A stretch of DNA of 59,127 nt, filler included, from Jimgerdemannia flammicorona (lineage: Eukaryota): NCBI GenBank assembly GCA_003990765.1. It is 2 parts of 2 records of this genome, joined end to end, with 100 filler letters (N's around TTAATTAATTAA, not from the genome) between each part and the next. Parts side by side here need not be neighbours in the genome. Positions count along the whole stretch, not along the records: positions 29,618 to 59,127 come from RBNJ01000495.1; 1 more part is not named here. One strand, 5' to 3'. The notes beneath the pieces are model-generated. The model had not been told where the DNA came from, did no database searches, and saw only the letters and a program-made list of their open reading frames with translations. Position numbers and translations under genes: made by a program. Of this stretch, positions 47,243 to 59,127 are shown piece by piece (position 1 is the stretch's first letter; every line of letters begins with the position of its first letter).

Positions 47243-50200
47243 TTTTTTTTTTTTTTATAGTCACTTGGACTCATCCTTTATTACACCCATCTATCCTATA
47301 TAAATACAATAAACCCACCCCCTACCCAATCCCCCTAGGGGCTCTCTCCTACTCCTTCTCGATGAAACACCACTCTATCGAATACAATTCCCACCCTCCC
47401 ACCACTCTGTATGCATATCCTTGCCACCAAACTGTGCCACTGCCCCCCTGAGAGACCCCAACCTATCCACCATCCAGTCAACAGATCTCCCAACAGCTCC
47501 TCCCATCTTACAACCTTCTTCTGCAGGCTTAGCTGCTACTCCTCCTCAAACACAAATAGCCAATGTCCCACCAGACCCACCCAAACTGCTAACACCCACC
47601 CAACAGTGAGCTAACTATCACCCACCCCCCCCACCAGCCAAGATCTCAAGTTCTCCCAGTAATCCTCTTCACCCACTGGCCTGTGCTCTACACCCAGTCT
47701 ATTCCCTATTTCAACCCAAAAGTCCCCCAAAACCTCACACTCCCCCAGCCAATGTTCTGGCATCTGCACCAAACCCCCAACTTGCCTTACATTGTAACAC
47801 TCCTCACAATCAAAACAGCCACCATCCACCAGATGCTCAGTGTGGAAATTCAGCATGATGTTCCTCCACAGTATTTGCCACCACACTACCCAGAACTTGG
47901 GGGGAAGCCACTGCCACACCTCAGTGCTCCAAGACCAGATATCAGCCCAGTCCCACTCCTCACCAATCCTGACTATCTGCCAACTGCTCAGCCAAAAGTC
48001 TTGGCCAAGACCCTGCTGACACTCCACTCTATTCCCAATATCAAAAGTAACAAGTGGAGCACCCCCCAGAAGCAGTCTATCCCATCATCACATATGTGGA
48101 CCCCACAACACCTCCCCCTCATTGCCTTGCCAGTATAGACCAATTCGGTGTGCTCCATCAACCACTCCCTACTAAAAGCCCTTAAATCGCAGCCACCGAA
48201 TTCCATTGAGCCCTACCAAAGAGAGTAGATCTCCTAAGGACCCTTGGGGGGAGGTTCTCAACTCCCACACCTTCTATATCAGAAGTTCCCAACCTCCTCC
48301 CTATAGTTCAGCTGCTCTCTTCAGCCACCAGGCTTGCAAGCAGTACAACCTCTTAGGGAAATCTACAAGACCAAGACCTCCCCTGTCCACCGGCATCACA
48401 AGAGCATCCCAACTGATCTGAGACCTCCTCCCTGCCCAAATCCAATCTCTAGCCACCTTCATCAGCCTCTTCACCACCCAAGCTGAGAAGTCTAGGTAAT
48501 ATGCCACATACCACAGCTTGGGAAACCAGTATGTATTCAGAATCAATACCCACTCTGCTAGAGAGATATGGTAGCCTCCCCAACCTCGAAGGGCCTCCCC
48601 CCAAATAGTCACCCTACTCTCCCACCATACTCATGGCAAGACAGAACTATATATAGTGAGGAAGATGCCCAGATACCATACCACCTCACCCATAGGGACA
48701 ATTGTTCAAATAATGTCTCTACTCACCAGTCCATTCTCTAGCACTATAGTCTCACACTTATGCCAGTTGAGCTTTGCCCCAGAGTGAACCTCATACCATT
48801 CCACTGTCTCCTGAAGTGCCTTGACATCCACCACAGACCTAAGGCCAACCACCATATCATCTGCAAAGGCCCCCACCTTCCACACAATGCCATAGATAGA
48901 GAGCCCCACTACCTTCTGGCAAATCCTATCCATTAATGGTTCCAATAAGAGAGCATAAAGAATAGGGGACAAGGGGTCCCCCTGAGGAACCCCTCTTCTC
49001 AAGATAAATACCTGACCACAGTGACCATTACACAACAGTGCTGCCTGACTGCCCTTGAGCAGATTTACCATAGAAGCCTGAAATCCAGGAGGAACACCAA
49101 TATGATCCAACATCTTGTCTAGCCAAACCCACTGGACCCAGTCATAGGCCTTCTCCTGATCCAAAAAGACCAACCTCCCATCCAGGCTGCAAGCCTGGGC
49201 CCCTTCAATGACACCATGCACCCAAGAAGTTCTATCTCTAATAAGCCTTCCTCTAACAAAGCCCCACTGCTCCTCCCCCAGCACCTGTTGGGCAACCTTC
49301 TGCAGCCTTGTGATAACCACCTTAGTTACCATCTTCCTGTCCATATCCAAAAGCATGATTGGCCACCAGTTCTTCCAGTCTTCTCTCCTCCCCTTGTCTT
49401 TGTACAATAAAGCCACTAGCCCGAGGTCCTGCTCCCCAACCCATTCACTGCTCTGAAGAACATGATCACAGAGAGCAGTCATCTCCCCCAGAATGCTGGA
49501 GACCTTGACCATCTTCTTCTAGAAGTCCCACAGTAGTCCATCCTCCCCTGGTGCTATTTCAGTTTTAGTTGCTGCAAGGATACTCAGGACTTCCTCACCT
49601 CGCACCAGCAAGGCCAAGTCATCCAGTCCAGCCACTTGTGGCAGCCTCCATTCTCCTAATGCCTCTTCAATAGCCATCTCATCAGTACCCCCTTCATTCT
49701 CACTCCACAAACCCTGCTATCTCTCTTTCAAAACCCCTAGGATTCATTGCTGCCATGCACCATATCCCCATCAGCATCGAGGACTCCATCCCACTGATAT
49801 CTCACCCTCCTAGCATTGAGCAGATGGGATAAATATCTAGTAGGCCGCTCACCCTCCTCAAGCCCCTGCCACCATAGCCTAGCAGCCATACCTTGCATAT
49901 GTACCTCTTCCTCTTCTCTCAATACCTGTTGCAGTTCTAATACCTCCAATCTAATCCACACTAACCTCCAATCCTCCACTCCATCAGAAGTAAGCAAACC
50001 AGTCCAATCCATCTGCAATCTCCTCAGCCTGCTGGAAGTACACCTCGTGCACTTCCTCCTTCTTCTCCCAACTTCTCTCCCAGCCTCTCCCCAATAGACC
50101 CTCGCAGCCTCTTTCAATCTCATCCACTGGATACCCACTGACAAACCCTCATACTGCCAGTGAGAAACTTTTGCCTGAATGTCCTCTACCCATGAATCCC

Positions 50201-53119
50201 ACAACCCCTTCTCAGCCAGTAGGGAGGAGTTGAGGTGCCAATGTCTGGGTCCATCTCCACTTCCCTCAAACTGCCCCTGTCCCAACAGTCCCCAGTGATC
50301 AGACCATGGGCACCATTCCATCTTCAATACCTTCCAGACATCAGACCCCCAGCATTCCGCCATCAGAATCCAGTCAATCCTTATACCCAAGCCATTCACC
50401 CAATACATATAGACCCTAGAGTCACCCCATTGCATTCTACCCATATCCCCTAAGGAGCTCAACCTCTCTACCTCCTCTCATGCATCCAGGCCTCCACTTC
50501 TCCCTCCTGCACTCCTCCCACCATCAGTGTGGTCCAGACGCTGATCCTGAACCATATTAAAGTCCCCCCCAATCACATTGACCCCTTCTGCCAAGAGAAT
50601 ACCCTCCTCCAGTAGCTCCTCAATTCAAGCAATCCTCTCACCCCTAACTGCAGGGCAGTAGCAAGAGCCAACCCTCACTGACTCTCACCCTGGCCACTGC
50701 CAATCATCCCAGACCAAACGGTCACCCCAGCTCCTGATTCCCTCCAAGTCACCTCTACCCTTCCTCACCAGAATCGCCACTTTTCCAAACTAAGCAAAAG
50801 CCCTGCCCCATTCCTTAGTCCACTTCGCCTGATCATCCTCATCCTCACACTATACATCCTGTAGTAAAAAGAGATCAGCCTCCAATTCTTTGAGCCAAGT
50901 AAAAATGTTCTTATGCCATCCAGACCCCCTCAGCCCATTCACATTCAAAGAGAAAATGTTAGTTGTACTGTTCATAAGGAATAATGTTAGAAAGTGATCC
51001 CATCCTCTATAAGTCCACATTCAGCTCCTCCTGCACTAAGTCTAATTCATGTTCAGTAGCTAGTTCCCTTTCCCCAGCTTCCCTTACCTCTAATCCTCCC
51101 AGGAGTTCTACCATTGTCTCATCTTCCCTCTTCTCAAATTCCTCTCAATACTCCAGACAGGCCTCCCTTCAGAGCTGCAAACCATGCCACTCAGCCCAGC
51201 AGTATATTGCCTGCTCACCTGCAGCCACCACCAGCTCTGCCTTCCTCACCTCATCAACCTCATATCCCTCCTCCTTTAAGAGGATTGCAAGAATCTCCCC
51301 CTTCAGTGCCTCCACTACTCCCTCACCATGCAGAATCCTCTCCCAGTGCCCCTCAGGCATAACCTGCAAGTCCACTTCTCCCAATGTATCAGCCGCAAGA
51401 TTATCCATCAACTTGCTCATCCACAGCAAGTTTCCTATCTCCTTCCCTCCAGGAGTCCCTGGCCATCCTGCATCCAATATCATGATGTCAGCACCCACAC
51501 TGGCAGCCTCATCCCACTCCTCCTCAGGGACATCCACCAGCTCATCCTTGCTAGCTGCTACCACCTGGCCCCCTTTCGCCACATCAGGGACCCCAAAATG
51601 CACTTGCTGGGCCCCCTTTATCAGCACATCCTCTGACACCCTTCTCTTTGCAGCCAGGCCCCTCCTGATCAGAGGGGGGGGAGTGGAGTCCAATTCCAGC
51701 TCCCAGACCTTGAAGGTGCCATCAGCAAAAGGGTCCTTGCTCAGCACCTTCCCATCTCCTTCCTTGCCTACCTCCATCTCCCCTACCCCTTTACTAGCCC
51801 AGACACTGGCCTTGATGCCCCCAGATACCTCAGCCCCAACTGTCTTCTTCTTTGCCTCGACTGTCATACTTGCCAGTAGCTCCCTCTGCCTCCTGCACCC
51901 CTGTGCCTGCTCCCACTGCCCCTTGTCCATGCAGATTCGCTTCCCCTCCACAACCTCCAGATGTGTTGACTCCTCATACATCTTCCAGGCCCTCACCCTC
52001 CTCTCTATAGCTCCACTCATCTCCTTCAGCACCTCCAACAAGTCCTCCTCCTCCTCCTCACTCCCCTTCACCCTCGACACCTTACAGATGAATGCCCCCC
52101 ACATCAGCACAGAGGCCAGTCACTTGCCTTCCCTGTGGCCTCCTTTCCTGCTAGCCGAATCCTGACATCAATGTTGTCCATCCTGATCATCATCCCCTCC
52201 CACACTTGAAAGCCAATGTCCACCATATCACCATACTCAATCATCACCTCCTCCACCCTCTTCCTAGTCTCCTCCTCGGTCACTATGGGCATCCCCTTCA
52301 CCAGAAGCTGCACCACTCTGGGGTCTCATCGCAAGCGCCACACCATGTGGACCACCACCTCCCCAACCATGACTCCTCTTCAGTGTCTCATCCAGTGGAC
52401 CAGCCTTCTCAAATCCCACCTTAACTCCCTCCAGACCCTTCAAGAACTTCACTGAGGCCACCCCAGCTACCTGCTTCGAGACAAGCCCCAGAATCATCCT
52501 CACCATTACCACCAAGCCCTGGAAGCACAAGGTCACTGCAAACTCTGAGATTGACTTCTTGAGCAATGGGGTCACCACCAGCCCCATTACACCATCTGCT
52601 AGGTCCCTCTTCCCACATCAGGAACCCCTGCCCCCCCTGGCCATCAGCCGTCATATCTCCTTTTTTTTCCTGATTCCCCATCACTCTCTCATTAACAGTC
52701 ACACCCCCAGCCACAGCACCTCTGGCCCCTACACCTGCACTCCCAGCCGGAGCACTGCCCTCCCTCCCAAGGCTTGCCTTGCCTTTCCCCTCAGCAGTAC
52801 CAGCCCTATTACCAGCTAGCCACCCACTCCCCTTAATCTTGTCAGCGAAGCTCAGGAGACTAGATCTTCCCCCATTGCCACTGGACACTGGTTCCCCTCC
52901 AGAGCCTTTTCCATTCTTCGGTCCTCTAAAAGCCCCCATCCCCAGGCCATAACATAACCCCTTCCCACCTGCTGCCAGTCAAAGGCCCTAGATCTACCTG
53001 ACCTAGTACACACACCTGTATGGTCATTGCTCTCTATATTGCTAGTCACCTTTTACTAAAAACATTGTCAAAAGTGTTGTCTGAGTCTTGTGTCACCTGA
53101 ATGTTGCTGGTGAAAGGTA
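47243..53119 (-). mobile_element. Full-length LINE copy D inserted antisense in ORF1 of LINE E
   Basis: Poly(T) 47243-47256; 16-bp TSD GCCTTTAGAGGGTCAA (47227-47242) / GCCTTTGGAGGGTTGA (53120-53135). RT ORF piece 48706-49512 with GVPQGDPLSP and FADD; ORF2 start ~50975; ORF1 ~50990-53050. Confidence 0.94.
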
Positions 53120-53265
53120 GCCTTTGGAGGGTTGAAGGGTGGTGAGAGCTCTGGAGGAGAGCTAGTGTCAGATGGTAATGGGGAAAGGACTGGCCCCTCA
53201 AGCTTTGCTGACAAGGTGAAGGAGAGTAGATGGCTGGCTGGAGACAGGGCTGGTACTGCTGTGGG

Positions 53266-53620
53266 TAGTGCTCTCAATGAATCGAATCAAGGGTCCAATT
53301 CAATTCAATTTGAAGTTTAATTCGAACCTTAATTTTCAAAATATAATAACTCGACAAAAACTCATTCAAATTTAATGTATTTTAGCTTGTTAGATTCACC
53401 ATATTAATGTAATTCTAACAAGCTAAAGTACGTTAGATTTGGATGAGTTTACGCTGAGTTATTGCATTTTGAAAATTAGGGTTCGAATCAGACCCTCAAT
53501 TTGATTTGACTTTTGATTCGATACAAATTGATTCGAATTGAAAAATCCCCAATTCGATTTGACTTGTTTAACTCTCAATTCGATTTGATTTGAATTGATT
53601 TGACTTATTTGGGAGCACTA
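53266..53620. mobile_element. 355-bp hAT-type MITE
   Basis: TIRs TAGTGCTCTCAA / TTGGGAGCACTA; exact 8-bp TSD GCTGTGGG (53258-53265, 53621-53628); internal ~75-bp inverted arms. Confidence 0.93.
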
Positions 53621-56600
53621 GCTGTGGGGAAGGACAAGGCAAGCTTTGGGAGAGGGAGGTCCTCAGGCTGGGAGTATGAGTGTAGGGTCTGGAGGTGTTG
53701 TGGCTGGGGGTGGGACTGCTGATGGAGGTGTGATGGGAAATCAGGAGAAAAAACAGTGGGGCTGGGGCTACCAATTCGGAAAGGGGACCTAGCCAATAGT
53801 GTGACAGAGCTAGTAGTGGCACCATTACTCAAGAAGTTGGTTTCAAAGTTTATGGCTATCTTGTACTTCTGGGACTTGGCAGTGATGGCAAGGATGGTCC
53901 TAGGGCTTATCTTGCAGCAGGTGACTGAGGCTGCCTTGGTGAAGTTCCTGAAAGGGCTGGAGGGGGTGGAGGTGGGCTTTGAGGAGATGGGCCCACTGGA
54001 TGAGGCAATGAAGACTAGAGTGGTGGTTGGTGAAGTAGTGGTCCCTATGGTGTGCTGCCTTAGGTGGGACCCCAGGGTGATATAGCTGCTAGTCAAAGGG
54101 GTGCCTATGGTATTGAAGGTTGAGACTAGGAGGAGGGTAGAGGAGGTGGTGGCAGAGTATAGTGATGTGGTAGATATCAGCTTCCAGGTGTGGGAGGGGA
54201 CAGCAATCAGGACAGGCAATGTGGATATCAGGATTAGGCTGACAGAGAGAGAGGCCACTGGAAAGATGAATGACTGGCCTTCAGTGCTGATGTGGGGGGC
54301 TGTTGTCTGTAGGGTGTTAAGGGTGAAGAGGAGTGAAGAGGAGGAGGAAGACTTGTTAGAAGTGCTGGAGGAGTTGAGTAGTATAGTGAAATGAAGGGCA
54401 AAGGCCTGGAAGCTCTTTGAGGAGACAACATATCTGGAGATTGTGGAGGAGAAGTGTATCTGCATGGACAAGAGGCAGTGGGAGTGGGCACAGGGGTGCA
54501 GGAGACAGAGGGAGCTATTGGTAAGTATGAAAGTAGAGATGAAGAAGAAAACAGGTGTCTGGGGGTATTGAAGCCAGTGTCTGGGCTAGTAAAGGAGAAG
54601 GGGAGATAGAGGCAGGCAAGAAAGGAGCTGGGAAGATACTGAGCAAGGACCTCTATACCAATGGCACTTTCAAGGTCTGGGAGCAGGAGTTGGATACCAC
54701 CCCCCCCCCTCTTATCAGGAGGGGCCCAGCTGGGAAGAGAAGGATGATAGAGGATACACTGATGCAGGGGCCCAGTGAGTACACTTTGGGGTCCCTGATG
54801 TGGCAAAAGGGGGTCAGGTAGTAGCAGTTGGTGAGGATGAGCTGGTGGATATCCCTGAGGAGGAGTGGGATAAGGCTGTCAGTGTAGAAGCTGACACTAC
54901 AATGTTGGATGCAGGATGGCCAGGGACTCTGGGAGGGAAGGAGGTGGGGAACTTGCTATAAATGAGTAAGGTGATGGATAACCTTACAGCTGAGGCATTA
55001 GGAGAAGTAGACCTGCAGGTAATGCCTGAGGAGCATTGGGTGTAGATTCTGTATGATGAGGGAGTGGTGGAGGTACTGAAGGTGGAGATTCTTTCAATTT
55101 TCCTAGAGAAGAAGGGATATGAGGTTGATGAGGTGAGGAAGGCTGAGCTGGTGGTGGTTGCTGGTGAGCAGGCAGCATACTGTTGGACAGAGTGTCATGA
55201 TTTACAGCTCTGGCAAAAGGTCTGTCTAGAGTATCATGAAGACTTTGAGGAGTGAGAAGATGGGGTGATGGTAGAACTTCTGGGAGGGTTGGAGGTACAG
55301 GAAGCTGGAGAAAGAGAACTAGCTGCTGAACATGACTTGGACTTGGTGCAGGAGGAGCCGAATACAGACTTGTAGAGGATGAGATCACAATATATCATTA
55401 TTTCTTATGAACAGTATAACTAATATTTTCTCTTTGAATGTGAATAGGTTAAGGGGATCTGAGTGACATAAGAACATTTTTACTTGACTCAAGGGATTAG
55501 AGGCTGATCTCTTTTTACTACAGGATGTCCAGTGTAAGGATGAGGATGATTGGGTGGAGTGGACTAGGGAATGGGGTGGGGCTACTGCTTGGTTTGGAAA
55601 AGTAGTGATTCTGGTGAGAAAGGGTAGAGGAGACTTGGGGGGAATAAGGAGCTGGGGTGATCATTTGGTCTGGGGAGATTGGCATCAGCTAGGGTGGGAG
55701 TCAGTAAAGGTTGGCTCTTGCTACTACTCTGCAGTTAGGGGTGAGAGGACTGCATGGATTAAGGAGCTGTTGGAGGAGGGTATTCTCTTGAAGGAAGGGG
55801 TCAATGTTCTTGGGGGGGACTTTAATATGGTTTGGGATCAGCATCTAGACAGAACTGATGGAGGGAGGAGTGCAGGGGGGAGAAGTAGAGGTCTGGATGC
55901 ATAGAAGGAGGTGGAGAAGCTGAGCTCCTTAGGAGATATAGACAGAACACAGTGGGGCAATACCAGGGTCTACATATATTGGGTGAATGGCTTGGATACA
56001 AGGATTGACTGGATTCTGACAGCAGAGTGCTAGGGTTCAGATGTTTGGAAGGCATTGGAGATAGAGTAGTATCCATGGTCTGATCACTGGGAACTATTGG
56101 GGCAGAGGCAGTTTGGGGAGAGTGAAGATGGACCTGGACATTGGTGCCTTAACTCCTCCCTGCTGGCTGAGAAGGGGTTGTGGGATTCATAGGTGGAGGA
56201 CATTCAGGAGAAGGTTTCTATCTGGAGGCATGAGGGTTTGTCGGTGGGTGTCCATTGGATGAGATTGAAGGAGGCTGTAAGGGTTTATTGGGGAGGGGCT
56301 GGTAGAGAAGCTGGGAGATGGAGAAGAAAGTGCACAAGGTATACTTCCAGCAGGTTGAGGAGATTATAAATGGATTGGGTGAATTTGCTTACTTCTGGTG
56401 GGGTGGAGGATTGAAGGATAGAGTGGGCAAAATTGGAGATAGTGGAATTGCAACAGATGTTGAGAGAAGAGAAGGAGACTCATATGTGAGGTATGGCTGC
56501 TAGACTAAGGTGGCAGGGGCTTGAGGAGAGTGAGTGGCCTACTAGGTGCTTATCAAGACTACTCAAAGCTAGGAGGGTGAGATATCAGTGAGATAGAGTC

Positions 56601-59127
56601 CTAGATGCTGATAGAGATATAGTGTATGGCACACAACAAATCTTAGGGGTTTTGAAGGAGAGATGGTAGTGATAGAGAAGGGGGTACTGATGAGGTGGTA
56701 ATTGCAGATACTCTAGGAGAGTGGGGGCCACCGCAAGTAGCCTGACTGGGTGACTTGATCTTACCAGTACAAGGAGAGGAGATCCAGAGTGTCCTTGCTG
56801 CAACTAAACTTAGAACAGTACTTGGGGAGGATGGATTACCATGGGACTTCTGGAAGAAGATGGTAAAGGTCCCCAGAGTTTTGGGTGAGATGGTTGCTCT
56901 CTGTGACCATGTTCTTCAGAGTGGTGAGTGGGTTGGAGAGCAGGACCTCAGGCTGGTGGCTTTATTGTACAAAGACAAGGGGAGGAGGGAAGACTGGAAG
57001 AACTGGAGACTGAACATGCTTCTGGATATAGACAGAAAGATAGTGACTAAGGTGATTGTCAAAAGGCTACAGAAAGTTGCCCAACAGATGCTGTGGGAGG
57101 AGCAGCAGGGCTTTATTGGGGGCAGACTTATAAGAGATGGGACTGCATGGGTATATAGTATCATTGAAGGGGCCCAGACTTGTGGACTGGATAGAAGATT
57201 GGTCTTTTTGGACCAGGAGAAGGCCTATGACCAGGTACAGCAGGTTTGACTGGGCAAGGTGTTGGATCGAATTGGTGTTCTCCCAAGATTTCAGACTTCT
57301 ATATTGAATCTTCTAGAGAGCAGTCGGGCAGCAATAATGTGTAATGGTCACCATGGTCTGGTGTTTTTCTTAGGAAGAGGAGTTCCTCAGGGGGACCCTC
57401 TGTCCCCTATTCTCTATATTCTTTCATTAGAGCTATTGATGGATAGGATCCACTGGAAGGTAGTAGGGCTCTCTATTTATGATATAGTGTAGAAGGTGGG
57501 GGCCTTTGCTAATAATATAGTGGTTGGACTTGGGTCTGTGGCAGATGTCAAGGCACTTAAGGAGACAGTGGAATGGTATGAGGCTCACTCTGGGGCAAAG
57601 CTCAACTGGTATAAGTGTGAGACAATGGTGCTAGGGAATGAGTTAGTAGGTGGGGATGTTATTGGAATAATTGTCCCTACTGGTGAGGTGGTGCAGTATC
57701 TGGGTATCTTCCTTTCTATATATGGTTCTGTCTTACTATAAGTGTAGTGGGAGAGCAGGGTGGCCATTTGGGGGGTGGCCCTTCAAGGTTGGAGAGGCTG
57801 TCATATCTCTCTGGCAGAGTGAGTGTCAATTCTGAATATATACTAGTTCTCCAAGCTGTGGTACATAGCCTATCACCTAGACTTCCCAGCTTGGATGGTG
57901 AAGAGGCTGATGAAGGTAGCTAGGGATTGGATTTGGGCATAGAGGAGGTCCCAGATCAGTTGAGATACTCTTACAATACTAGTGGTCAGGGGAGGTCTTG
58001 GTCTTGTGGATTTCCCTAAGAGGTTGCACTGCTTGCGAGCCTGGTGGTTGAAGAGAGCAGTTGAACTACAGGGAGAGAGTTGGATACCTCTGCTGCAGAA
58101 GGTATAGGAGATGAGATCCTCCCCCTGAGGGTCCTCCAGAGATCTGCTCTCTTTGGTAGGGCTGAATGGAAATCAGCAGCTGCAGTTTAAGGGCTTTTGA
58201 TGGAGAGTGGTAGATGGAGCACACTGAATTGGCCTGCACTGGCAAGGTAATGAGGGGGAGGTGATGTGGGGGCCTGGTATGTGGCAATAGGATAGACTGC
58301 TCCTGGGGGGTGCTCTACTTGCTGCTTTCAATATTGGGAATGGAGTGAAGTGTCAGCAGGGTCTTGGCCAGGATCTTCGGCCAAGTGGCTGGTAGGCAGC
58401 AGAGATCAGTGAGGAGTGGGACTGGACAGGTATCTGGTCTTAGAGTACTGAGGTGTGGGGGTGGCTTCCTCCCAAGTTCTGGGTAGTATGGTGGCAAATG
58501 CTGCAGAGGAATGTTATGTTGAATTTTCATACTAGGCATCTGGTAGATGGTAGCCATTTTGATTGTGAGGAGTGTTACAATGTAGGGCAAGCTGGGGGTT
58601 TTGTACAGATACTGGAACATTGGTTGGGAGAGTGTGAGATTTTGGGGGACTTTTGAATAGAAATAGAGAATAGACTGAGTGTGGGGCAAAGGCTGGCAGG
58701 TGAGGGGGGCTACTGGGAGAACTTGATATCTCAGCTAGTGGGGGGTGGGTGATAGTTGGCTCACTATAGGGTGGGTGTTAGCAGTGTGGGTGGGATTGGC
58801 AGGACATTGGCTTTTTGAATTTGAGGAGGAGTGGTAGATGGGGCTGCAGGAGAAGGTATTAAGGTGGGAGAAACTTTGGGGGATCTGCTGACTGGATGGT
58901 GGGTGGGTTGGGGTCCTCCGGGGGGGTGACATTGAGGTTTGATGGCAAGGATCTGTGAGCAGAGTGGTGGGAGAGCAGAGATTGTATTAGACAAAGTGGT
59001 CTTTCATTAGGAAGGGGTAGGGGGGGAGCCCCTCTAGGGGGATCGGATAGGGGGTGGGATCACTGTATTTATATGAGATAGATGGGTATAATAAAGGATG
59101 GAAGTCTAAGTACATAACTATAAAAAA

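Larger units (their letters stand above)
47043..59127 (+). mobile_element. Full-length LINE copy E, interrupted by LINE D and a MITE
   Basis: 5' end and ORF1 start MASSKSS..MGAFRG at 47043-47242 resumes at 53120. ORF2 from ~55407 (MNSITNIFSLNVN) with GGDFN, WSDH, FLDQEKAYD, GVPQGDPLSP, FANN (decayed FADD), EHWLGEC. Poly(A) at the window end. Confidence 0.92.

Overview
Eukaryotic DNA, very probably fungal. Kinase and LTR-element motifs point to Mucoromycota (Endogonales/Glomeromycotina-like), but this is inference. About 80% of the window is a graveyard of nested, C>T/G>A-hypermutated transposons: a piggyBac transposase pseudogene, a Ser/Thr kinase pseudogene, and a Ty1/copia element carrying three insertions (a complete Ty3/gypsy element, a 1.2-kb polyA retroposon and a full-length LINE). 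There is also an older gypsy relic, four more L1/Tx1-like LINE copies (one inserted antisense into another) and hAT-type MITE/ends. An artificial N-TTAATTAATTAA-N assembly linker lies at 29518-29617. One intact gene sits in a CpG-preserving island (~37.3-46.5 kb) on the minus strand. It encodes a cytoplasmic protein of ~1420 aa with 32 (possibly 34) RNase-inhibitor/NLRC3-type leucine-rich repeats fused to a non-RD tyrosine-kinase-like domain. Each repeat lies on its own symmetric phase-1 exon, 29 of them exactly 84 nt. This exon-modular LRR-kinase looks like a candidate diversifiable fungal immune receptor and is the best candidate for an undescribed system. The gypsy element is also unusual: it has a dUTPase between protease and RT, and a ~460-codon third ORF that runs through the PPT deep into the LTR.
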